Assembly (NCBI GenBank): GCA_034189005.1
Contig: JAXHVR010000009.1
Location: 11,413-75,412 of the forward strand
Direction of reading: 5' to 3'
Length of the DNA stretch: 64,000 bases
Source: Cyanobacteriota bacterium
Lineage (GTDB): Bacteria; Cyanobacteriota; Cyanobacteriia; Cyanobacteriales; Microcoleaceae
Shown here: positions 44,531 through 52,848 of the stretch, one piece after another
Numbering within the stretch: position 1 is the stretch's first letter
Layout of the letters: the number at the start of each line of letters is the position of its first letter
Notes under the pieces: generated by a model
Database searches by the model: none
Told to the model about the DNA's origin: nothing
The model's input: only the letters and a program-made list of their open reading frames with translations
Made by a program: the position numbers and the translations under genes

Positions 44531-46309
44531 ATGTTAATGAAAGAAAAGCTAAATTGGGGATTTATTATCCCAACAATTATCGGATTTTTACTACCAGCAA
44601 TCTACGTTTTATATCTGATATCGCAAGCGGGGCATCTGCTCAATTTCGACTATTGGTGGATGATAAAAAATATCTACTCAATAGATGGCTTTTCGACAAA
44701 TCCTTTCGACTGGATGTTTCGCGCCAACGAACATTTTGTCCTAATTCCCGCTATTATTTACGCCCTCAATATTGTTATTACCAAAGGCTCAAATATTGGT
44801 CTGTGTTTGGCAACATTTTTATTAGCTGTAGTTCAAAGTGTTTTTTTAATTAAATTATTGCCAGAAAAGGTAACAGGGAATAGCAGGGTTCTGCGGTTAT
44901 TAATAATCTGTATTTCTCTATTTAACTTTACCCCCGCAGCCGCCCATAATTGGATGCGAGGTTATAGCGGCGTGCATTGGGTTATTGCTAATTTATTTGT
45001 TATTGCTTCTATTTATTGCCAGACAAAATTATTACAATCTAATCCTAACAAATGGGCAATTGCTAGCATCATCTTCGGCATTTTAGGCTGCATCAGTTAC
45101 AGCACTCCGCTAGCATTATGGCCGATATTATGTGCTGCTTCGCTTTTAATGCGGTTGCCAAGGCGGATTATTATTGCTTATTTTACCTGTACAATTTTAG
45201 TCGTAGGTACTTATTTTATTACCTACAAAACCCCCTCCCACCATCCATCTTTATCCCAAGTTAATCTTGTCGATACCCTCGCCTATATTCCTGTTTATTT
45301 AGGAGCAATTTTCAGTCATAATATTCCGGTTGCTTTAATAATTGGAACTTTCGGTTTAATTTTGGCGGCAGTTTTTCATCTTTATTGGTTATTATCAAAA
45401 CCGTTGAATAATATCGACTGGTTGCCGTGGTTGTCGATAATAATCTACAGTTTTGGAACGGCATTAATGGCAGCAATTAGTCGTTCTGGTTTTGGCATCG
45501 AACAAGCGATCGCCTCCCGTTACGCTACCCTCCCCGCCCTTTTTTGGTTGAGTCTAATCGTCTTAACAATTTTTAGGATAAACCAGACACAAATCTCCTC
45601 TATTTCCAAGGGGAAAATCTCAGAAACCCGGTTTTTTAAAAAAACCGGGTTTCTAGATCGGCTATTTAGAAAAAAGCAATATTTTCTAATACCAGTAGTC
45701 GCAGTGGTGACAGTTTTAACAATCTTAACCTACGGAGTCGGGGGCAAAACTGCGGAGGCGATCGCCCTAAGAGCAACCTATCAACCTTTAGTAGCATTAT
45801 CCGTACAACTTAATATCGCCGACCCCCTATTAATTCAGGAAAAAGTAGGCAACAGACCGGAAGCTTTTATTAGCTTATTAGATGCATTAAAAGCTCATAA
45901 TTTAGTGCCTTTTCATAAGAATATTAAAAATGATAATTTTTGCGTTCCATTAGGAATAAAAATTGATAGCAATCTATTAACAAACGAACCCCAAGAAAAC
46001 GTGCCCGGATATTTCGATCCCATAACCCAATATACCCCCGCAACAGCCAGAGTAAAAGGTTGGGTGGGGGAAAGCGACAAAATTAAATGTATTGCCATCC
46101 TCAACCAAGATAGAATAGTAAGAGGTTTTGGGATGTCTGGCTTTCCCCGCCCCGACGTAGCCGAAATTATGGGTTCCGAGTTTGAGTCATCGGGCTGGAA
46201 AGGATACATCGAAGCATCCCCAGACGATGTTTTAGCTGCCTACGTTTCCTTGAAAAACCGTCCCGGTTGGGTAGTATTGCGCGATAAGCGCAGTTTAATT
46301 AATAATTAA
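44531..46309 (+). CDS. polytopic membrane protein (GT-C-like?) with C-terminal GW/RPD beta-module
   Basis: About 12 hydrophobic segments. C-terminus reads ARVKGWVGE...FPRPDVAEIMG...SGWKG. An in-frame palindromic repeat encodes SETRFFKKTGFL. Ends ...LINN* in a heptamer array. Confidence 0.7.
   Translation: MLMKEKLNWGFIIPTIIGFLLPAIYVLYLISQAGHLLNFDYWWMIKNIYSIDGFSTNPFDWMFRANEHFVLIPAIIYALNIVITKGSNIGLCLATFLLAVVQSVFLIKLLPEKVTGNSRVLRLLIICISLFNFTPAAAHNWMRGYSGVHWVIANLFVIASIYCQTKLLQSNPNKWAIASIIFGILGCISYSTPLALWPILCAASLLMRLPRRIIIAYFTCTILVVGTYFITYKTPSHHPSLSQVNLVDTLAYIPVYLGAIFSHNIPVALIIGTFGLILAAVFHLYWLLSKPLNNIDWLPWLSIIIYSFGTALMAAISRSGFGIEQAIASRYATLPALFWLSLIVLTIFRINQTQISSISKGKISETRFFKKTGFLDRLFRKKQYFLIPVVAVVTVLTILTYGVGGKTAEAIALRATYQPLVALSVQLNIADPLLIQEKVGNRPEAFISLLDALKAHNLVPFHKNIKNDNFCVPLGIKIDSNLLTNEPQENVPGYFDPITQYTPATARVKGWVGESDKIKCIAILNQDRIVRGFGMSGFPRPDVAEIMGSEFESSGWKGYIEASPDDVLAAYVSLKNRPGWVVLRDKRSLINN
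45622..45654 (+). repeat. in-frame AGAAACCCGG-loop-CCGGGTTTCT hairpin in a loop of the membrane protein
   Basis: Encodes SETRFFKKTGFL. Confidence 0.95.
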
Positions 46310-46393
46310 TAATTAATAATTAATAATTAATTATCTAATTCAAAGGCCAACCAATAACCCAATTGTTAATTGTTAATTGTTAATTGTTAATTA
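46297..46393. repeat. TAATAAT array, 35-bp spacer, then inverted AATTGTT array, filling an intergenic spacer
   Basis: Period-7 repeats on both sides. Contains the stop of 44531..46309 and ends at the ATG at 46394. Confidence 0.9.
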
Positions 46394-47356
46394 ATGTCAA
46401 ACCGCCTAAGTTTTGTAATACCAGTTCGCAACGAAGAAGCGACCATAAAACCTCTATTCTATCGCATCAACGAAGTCATGGTTCGAGAAGGAATAGATAG
46501 TTATGAAGTGCTGTTTATCGACGATGGCAGTAGCGATCGCTCTTGGAAAGAAATAACAGAACTAATCCCCCAACATCCCACCTTAATTAAAGGTATCAAA
46601 CTCCGCCGCAACTTTGGCAAGTCAGCCGCCCTTTCCGCTGGTTTTGGCAAAGCAACTGGTAACATTATTTTTACTCTCGACGGCGACCTTCAAGACGACC
46701 CCGCAGAAATTCCTAAATTTTTGCAAAAACTAGAGTCGGGATACGATCTAGTCACCGGCTGGCGAAAACGTCGCAACGATCCGCTTTCTAAGACCTTGCC
46801 CTCGAAACTATTTAATCGAGTAACATCTCTGCTGACTGGAGTCAAATTGCACGATTTTAATTGCGGTTTCAAAGCTTATCGAAAAGAAGTCTTGGACTGT
46901 ATTAAATTGTACGGAGAATTGCATCGATATATTCCAGTTTTAGCGCACAGTCTCGGATTTAGAATTACCGAAGTTGCAGTAGAACACCATCACCGGCAAC
47001 ATGGCAAATCGAATTATGGATTAGAACGTTACGCCCGAGGTTTTCTCGATCTTTTGACCGTATTGGCAACTACTCATTATTTACGCAAACCGGGTCATTT
47101 GTTTGGTGGTTTGGGATTATTGGTGGGTGCCGTTGGCGTAGCAGCTTTGATTTATTTAAGCATATTATGGTTGATGGAAATTAGACCCATCGGCACTCGT
47201 CCTTTATTCTTTTTTGGGATTTTATGCGTCATTTTATCGGTGCAATTGATATCTTTAGGAGTCTTGGCGGAGTTGGTTACTAGGAATGTCAACGATGATT
47301 ATGTCGAGAAGCAGATTTGCGAGGTTATTGATGAGTCGGAGAAAAAGAGCGATTAA
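46394..47356 (+). CDS. GT2 polyprenyl-phosphate glycosyltransferase (GtrB/ArnC/DPM1-like)
   Basis: FVIPVRNEE..FIDDGSSD..GKSAALSAGF..TLDGDLQDDP..GWRKRRND plus two C-terminal TM helices. Confidence 0.88.
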   Translation: MSNRLSFVIPVRNEEATIKPLFYRINEVMVREGIDSYEVLFIDDGSSDRSWKEITELIPQHPTLIKGIKLRRNFGKSAALSAGFGKATGNIIFTLDGDLQDDPAEIPKFLQKLESGYDLVTGWRKRRNDPLSKTLPSKLFNRVTSLLTGVKLHDFNCGFKAYRKEVLDCIKLYGELHRYIPVLAHSLGFRITEVAVEHHHRQHGKSNYGLERYARGFLDLLTVLATTHYLRKPGHLFGGLGLLVGAVGVAALIYLSILWLMEIRPIGTRPLFFFGILCVILSVQLISLGVLAELVTRNVNDDYVEKQICEVIDESEKKSD

Positions 47357-47380
47357 AAATGTAAACTAGGAGGTTGAAAA

Positions 47381-47644
47381 ATGACACCCATTCAAAAAGC
47401 AAAAGAAGAGTTGTTTGTAGTAATTGAAAAATTACCAGAACATAGACTGGCAGAAGTTTTGCAATTTGCTAATTTTTTGCTGTACTCTCAACAACAGTTT
47501 TTGGAATTTAAAAAAGAAGATTCTACATCTTCCGAGAAAACTGAAATAAAGGGGGGCGATCGCGACCCTCTATCAAACTTTATTGGTGCGATTGAATCCG
47601 GTTCTCTAGCTCAAAATATCGATAAAGAACTTTATTGGCAATAA
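47381..47644 (+). CDS. small DUF2281-like antitoxin-family protein (orphan)
   Basis: N-terminus ELFVVIEKLPEHRLAEVLQFANFLL is typical of small antitoxin-like proteins. GGAGG RBS. No toxin partner follows. Confidence 0.45.
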   Translation: MTPIQKAKEELFVVIEKLPEHRLAEVLQFANFLLYSQQQFLEFKKEDSTSSEKTEIKGGDRDPLSNFIGAIESGSLAQNIDKELYWQ

Positions 47645-47778
47645 ACTGTTGCCAGAAAGATTGTTTGACTTATTATCATCTCAATAAAGATGAAATTAAT
47701 GCAGAAATTGCAGCAGAAGAGGCAGAGGGCGATCGAATTGAGGCAGAACATAAAGCAGGAAAAGTTACAACTAAGAAC

Positions 47779-47882
47779 TATAGCAAGCCTAAATCATTCG
47801 TGATATTTTAGAAACCCGGTTTCTTGAAGAAACCGGGTTTCTTGCCCCCAAATTTTTCAGAATCCCTGCACAGATTGCTATA
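47779..47882. mobile_element. TATAGCAA-family element, inverted orientation
   Basis: TATAGCAAGCC...GAAACCCGGTTTCTTGAAGAAACCGGGTTTC...CCCTGCACAGATTGCTATA. Confidence 0.85.
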
Positions 47883-47900
47883 ACAACTGAAAATTAACCC

Positions 47901-49112
47901 TTAACGCTCGTACTTTTCCAATAAAGGCTCCAATTTAACATCGGATAACAACTTACCATAAGGAGCGCGCACTTCCACATTTTCCGAGCTATTTTCTCCG
48001 ACCAAAGCTGTCTTAGGAGTCAAAATATATCGTCCTTGATGAGTTCTTCGATCGCCAGTAATACGGAACTCTAAATCTCGATTGTAAGTATCCTTGGCGT
48101 ACTGAAGATGGAGGCGAGTAATAAAAGCGCGATCGCCACTAATTCCTAACTCTTTCAACTCCTCTGGATTTAAAGGTTCGCTACTACAAGGATCGCAAGA
48201 AGCAGTATCCCAAGCATACTCCGTTACCACCGTTTCTCGCCCCGTCGCCTTAATAGTTGAAGCTAGCAAATCTTTATAAAACTCCCCAAAACGCGGTTCT
48301 ATTTCCTGGGGAACAGCAAAATTACTAGGAATCATCACGTTAGTGTAATTACTAGCCTCCGCCCGACCGTACATACTGAGGAAATAAACAATAATACTTT
48401 GAGTGCCTTCGGAGTTAATTTTTCCTAATTGAAAAGGCAGCATAATATTGCGGGCATTAGCAACCGTAAATTGTAAGGGTCGCAAATCTTTAAAACCCAG
48501 TCTTTGTTGCGCTTCTAAATTGACTTTAACTACAAAAAAGAAAAGGTTTTTGTCGATATAAGGTTGCAGATAGCGGGCGCTACCTCCAGGTAGTTGATAT
48601 TGATTTTCTCGCAACCAACTTTCTAAAGCATTTGATTCGGTAGCGCTGAGAATTACCACATCATATTCTCCCACGCTAAACCGTTCTATTACCCGTACTG
48701 GAGCGCTTTCTGGAAGGGCATTATCTGTTAAAACGGGCCCGTTTCTTCTAAATTGCTGGGAGGCATCGTATCGAACCAGTCGCGGTGCGGTAAAATCATT
48801 TAAACGTTGAAAAAGATTATCTGGAATTACCCGAACGTCTTCTTTTTTTAGAACCACTGGGACCGGTAAAACTAGGGCAAATTCTTCCGGGTCTCCTTTA
48901 TAATCAAATGCCAAACTGTAGGTTGTGCGATCGCCTTGATGGGCTATAGCGACTTCCGAACGATTGTTAAACATTTCAGCATCCACTTTAGCCACGAAAA
49001 AACCGCAAAATGCTAATACGTTTCTGGTGTTTAAAGAAAGTATGCCAATAAAAATTGTTAAAAACAAATACAAATGTTTTTGCTTAATCTTTACCTTAGA
49101 ACTATGAAACAT
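47901..49112 (-). CDS. DUF2330 family secreted protein
   Basis: Signal/TM then AFCGFFVAKVD motif, characteristic of DUF2330. Confidence 0.75.
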   Translation of the reverse strand: MFHSSKVKIKQKHLYLFLTIFIGILSLNTRNVLAFCGFFVAKVDAEMFNNRSEVAIAHQGDRTTYSLAFDYKGDPEEFALVLPVPVVLKKEDVRVIPDNLFQRLNDFTAPRLVRYDASQQFRRNGPVLTDNALPESAPVRVIERFSVGEYDVVILSATESNALESWLRENQYQLPGGSARYLQPYIDKNLFFFVVKVNLEAQQRLGFKDLRPLQFTVANARNIMLPFQLGKINSEGTQSIIVYFLSMYGRAEASNYTNVMIPSNFAVPQEIEPRFGEFYKDLLASTIKATGRETVVTEYAWDTASCDPCSSEPLNPEELKELGISGDRAFITRLHLQYAKDTYNRDLEFRITGDRRTHQGRYILTPKTALVGENSSENVEVRAPYGKLLSDVKLEPLLEKYER

Positions 49113-49130
49113 TTTAACCTCTATTTTTGA

Positions 49131-49580
49131 CTATTTGTAATAGTTTAAGCCGTTTTCTAAATATCGTTTTAATTCCCCTGCCATTCTCTCCATACCCTTT
49201 TGTTCGTCCTGCTTGATAAAAGGTAAAAAAAGGCGAGTCAACCAGCCAGAAAATTCTTCGCGATGAACGTATTTAGTGCGCCTAAAACCAATTTTTTGTA
49301 ATTCAAATATATGGTAGCTGCGAAACCCAGGAATTTGAGAAACCCAAGCCAGACAAATTTCTGGTTGTATTAATGTTACAGTAGGCTCAAACTCCGTTTC
49401 ATCTTCACCTTGAGTCCGCCAAAGGGATAAATTTACTTCCTCTCCCTGTTTGAAAGGTTTGCTGGAGTCGCGATCGAATAAAAAAGTATTCCACTTCACC
49501 CAATGCTCTTTATGAAAAAGTACCAGCCAAACTTTGCTTATGGAAGCATTAATTTCAATTTCTGTGTAGAGAGTCGGCAT
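49131..49580 (-). CDS. SRPBCC (START/polyketide-cyclase-like) family protein
   Basis: 149 aa; the EIEINASISKVWLVL start is typical of the SRPBCC fold. Confidence 0.65.
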   Translation of the reverse strand: MPTLYTEIEINASISKVWLVLFHKEHWVKWNTFLFDRDSSKPFKQGEEVNLSLWRTQGEDETEFEPTVTLIQPEICLAWVSQIPGFRSYHIFELQKIGFRRTKYVHREEFSGWLTRLFLPFIKQDEQKGMERMAGELKRYLENGLNYYK

Positions 49581-49723
49581 AATAACTTTAGATTTTAGAC
49601 TGAAGCAGATGGGAAAAGGGTCGCCCCCATCTGGTGCTTATGGAAAGAGCCGTTGTATTTAATTGAAACTTTAACAGCAATAACCATTAAGATAGAGAAC
49701 TTAAAATCCCAAACAAATCGACC

Positions 49724-51112
49724 ATGACAGAACTAACTCCAAACCCATCCTTTAGTTTAACAATGCGCATAGAAGTCCCCAACCGTCCGGGGATGTTGGC
49801 CTCAGTAGCTCAGGCAGTGGCCACCGTCGGCGGAAGTGTCGGACATCTGGACTTAATAGAGCAAACCCGCAAGATAACTCTGCGAGAAATTACCATCGAT
49901 GCCTCCAGCACGGAACACGCCGAAAAAATTGTCGAAGTTGTCAAAGCACTGCCAGAGATAAAAGTTATCGAAGTCTCCGATCGCACTTTTGACCTCCATC
50001 GCAGCGGCAAAATTACCGTAGAAAGTAAAATACCTCTGAAGTCCCAGGCAGATTTAGCGATGGCCTATACTCCCGGGGTGGGTCGAATTTGTAAGGCGAT
50101 CGCCGAAAAACCAGAAGAGGTTTACAACCTGACCATCAAGCAAAATACCGTAGCGATCGTCACCGACGGTAGCGCCGTATTGGGACTCGGCAACCTCGGC
50201 CCGGCAGGGGCCCTTCCCGTCATGGAAGGTAAAGCCATGCTCTTCAAAGAATTTGCAGGCATCGACGCCTTCCCCATCTGTCTCGACACCCAAGACACCG
50301 ATGCCATAGTCGAAAGCGTCAAGAATATCGCCCCAGTGTTCGGAGGAGTGAACTTAGAAGATATTGCGGCCCCTCGTTGTTTTGAGATAGAAGCCAAACT
50401 GCGGCAAATCTTAGATATTCCAGTGTTTCACGACGACCAACACGGCACCTCTATCGTTACTTTGGCAGCTACGATCAATGCCCTTAAATTAGTTAATAAA
50501 TCAATAGAAGAAATATCCATTGTTATTAATGGTGCCGGTGCTGCTGGTGTAGCTATTGGTCGGTTGTTGCGAAAAGCGGGGGTCAATCAAATTATCATGT
50601 GCGACTCCAAAGGCATTATTTGCAAAAATCGCGATAGCTTAACTCCAGAAAAAACCGAATTTGCCGGAGAGAAGGAGGGTTCGTTGAGCGATGCAATGGT
50701 GGGGGCCGATATGTTTTTAGGTGTAAGTATGCCAGGATTAGTTAATCCCGAAATGGTGCGGTCTATGGCCAAAGACCCCATCCTCTTTGCGATGGCCAAC
50801 CCAATTCCCGAGATCCAGCCAGAATTGATTATGGGAGATGTAGCAGTGATGGCCACGGGTCGCAGCGATTATGCCAATCAAATCAATAACGTTTTGGCAT
50901 TCCCAGGGATATTTCGGGGTGCTTTGGACTGTCGGGCCAAGACCTTCACGACTAATATGTATTTAGAGGCAGCAAAGGCGATCGCCTCCTTAGTCCGACC
51001 AAGCGAACTCGACAAAGAACATATCATTCCCTCAGTATTCGACCGCAGGGTGGTAACTGCAGTAGCGACAGCAGTCTCTCATACGGCCCGTCAAGATGGA
51101 GTAACGATTTAG
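49724..51112 (+). CDS. NAD(P)-dependent malic enzyme with N-terminal ACT domain
   Basis: LAMAYTPGVGRICKAI, VAIVTDGSAVLGLGNLGP.GALPVMEGKA.LFK.FAGIDAFPI, NGAGAAG. Confidence 0.92.
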   Translation: MTELTPNPSFSLTMRIEVPNRPGMLASVAQAVATVGGSVGHLDLIEQTRKITLREITIDASSTEHAEKIVEVVKALPEIKVIEVSDRTFDLHRSGKITVESKIPLKSQADLAMAYTPGVGRICKAIAEKPEEVYNLTIKQNTVAIVTDGSAVLGLGNLGPAGALPVMEGKAMLFKEFAGIDAFPICLDTQDTDAIVESVKNIAPVFGGVNLEDIAAPRCFEIEAKLRQILDIPVFHDDQHGTSIVTLAATINALKLVNKSIEEISIVINGAGAAGVAIGRLLRKAGVNQIIMCDSKGIICKNRDSLTPEKTEFAGEKEGSLSDAMVGADMFLGVSMPGLVNPEMVRSMAKDPILFAMANPIPEIQPELIMGDVAVMATGRSDYANQINNVLAFPGIFRGALDCRAKTFTTNMYLEAAKAIASLVRPSELDKEHIIPSVFDRRVVTAVATAVSHTARQDGVTI

Positions 51113-51190
51113 TTTTATTATTTAAGTCCCGACCTCTGTAGCTCAGATTTACCATACCCGGTTTCTCAAAAATCGGGTATGAAATCTTTT

Positions 51191-51238
51191 TCTAATTAAC
51201 AATTAATAATTAATAATTAATAATTAACAATTGACAAT
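51191..51238. repeat. heptamer array (CAATTAA/TAATAAT)
   Basis: Period-7 repeat downstream of the malic enzyme gene. Confidence 0.9.
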
Positions 51239-51378
51239 TTAAGTCTAAGCCGCTCGTGGCAAGTTATCGGGCTTTTTGACTGTTTGAAAAATTTAAAAAC
51301 TATTTTAGCTTCCGTAGAAAAAAGCTATATATTACCCATAATAAATAATTAAAAGTAGCGGATAAAAATAAAAATAAA

Positions 51379-52848
51379 ATGACTCAATCTTTAAAACCAG
51401 CAAAAACAATTAAAATGAGATCGAAAAAACGCCAAGCTTCTTTGTTTGAAAAAATAATGGCAATTGTAGCAATGGCGAATCTAGCTTTAGTGTTTTTTAA
51501 TATGACCTACGTCCCCATGCGGGATTTGTACTTTCGCTATCTTCCAAGTTTAGTCGCGATTTACGACCCAGTTAAAGGAATCGAACCAAACCGAGATACT
51601 CAAAAATATTTAGATACAGTAGAGGAACTGAAAGCAGAATTAAGTCCCACATCCGAGTCTCCCCAAGAAGTTAGCAGATTGCTCGAAGAATTGCGAGAAG
51701 AAAGCGTCGATATGATTAATGAAAATCCCTTTCAAACTGCTGGGAAAAGCGGAGTTTTAGAAAGAATAAAAAATCGAATGAGGGATAAAGTTCCTAATTC
51801 CGAAGATTCTGCAAAAGAAGCATTTGAAATTTTTTGGAGCAAAGAATATTTAGAACGAGAAGGCTGGATAGAAGAAATGAATTGGTTTGAAAGCCAAATA
51901 AAACCATTAATGGAAATTAACTATTATCGAGGTATTGGGGAAAGTGGAGAACTAACTGACTATTTTTGGAAGATAGATTTACCTTTTATTATCCTTTTTG
52001 GTTTAGAATTTCTCGCTCGGACTTTTACGATTAGTCGGCGTCATGTAGGGGTGAGTTGGCGAGACGCTATGCTATGGCGATGGTACGATATTTTTCTACT
52101 CCTGCCTTTTTGGCGATGGTTGCGAGTAATTCCAGTGACAGTTCGCTTGCAGCATGGTAATTTATTAGATTTAGAACCTATAAGAGCTCAAGCAAGTCGA
52201 GGTTTTGTTGCTAGCTTTGCTAGAGAATTAACAGAAGTGGTATTGCTTCAAACCATAGATAAAATTCAGCAAGATGTTAACAGCGGGGATCTAGCCAAAC
52301 GGCTATTTAGTGGCGAGCAGCGCGAATATATAGACTTGAATAATATTAATGAAATAGAAGAGATATTTAGTCGCTTGCTGCGAGTTGTTTTTGTCAAAGT
52401 TATGCCCGAATTAAGACCGGAGATAGAAGCTTTATTGCGATACAATATCGAAGGATTCATTAAAGAATCTCCAGCTTATAAAAGATTAAAGCCAATACCA
52501 GGTTTTGATAACTTAGCCGATGGATTGGCAGAACAGTTAGTAACAGAGCTATCTAATTTAGCAAGTTTTGGTCCCCAGAACGCTTATGAAAACATACAAA
52601 AATCCATGGACGATCCCGTAGGTACTGAATTATCAAATAAATTGGTGTCGCACTTCGGCAGAACATTAGGAGAAGAAATCAAAAAAGAACAAACCTTGGC
52701 AGAATTTCAATCTCTAATTTCAGCTTTTTTAGAAGAAGTAAAAGTCAATTATGTGATGCAAATTAGTCAGGACGATGTAGATCGCATTATCGAACAAAGC
52801 AGAGAATTGCATATTAAAGGCCAACAATCCCCTGAACCCCTTAGATAA
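51379..52848 (+). CDS. hypothetical membrane protein with S4-like Arg-rich segment
   Basis: TM segments and LLLPFWRWLRVIPVTVRL, followed by a long soluble C-terminal part. No family assigned. Confidence 0.55.
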   Translation: MTQSLKPAKTIKMRSKKRQASLFEKIMAIVAMANLALVFFNMTYVPMRDLYFRYLPSLVAIYDPVKGIEPNRDTQKYLDTVEELKAELSPTSESPQEVSRLLEELREESVDMINENPFQTAGKSGVLERIKNRMRDKVPNSEDSAKEAFEIFWSKEYLEREGWIEEMNWFESQIKPLMEINYYRGIGESGELTDYFWKIDLPFIILFGLEFLARTFTISRRHVGVSWRDAMLWRWYDIFLLLPFWRWLRVIPVTVRLQHGNLLDLEPIRAQASRGFVASFARELTEVVLLQTIDKIQQDVNSGDLAKRLFSGEQREYIDLNNINEIEEIFSRLLRVVFVKVMPELRPEIEALLRYNIEGFIKESPAYKRLKPIPGFDNLADGLAEQLVTELSNLASFGPQNAYENIQKSMDDPVGTELSNKLVSHFGRTLGEEIKKEQTLAEFQSLISAFLEEVKVNYVMQISQDDVDRIIEQSRELHIKGQQSPEPLR

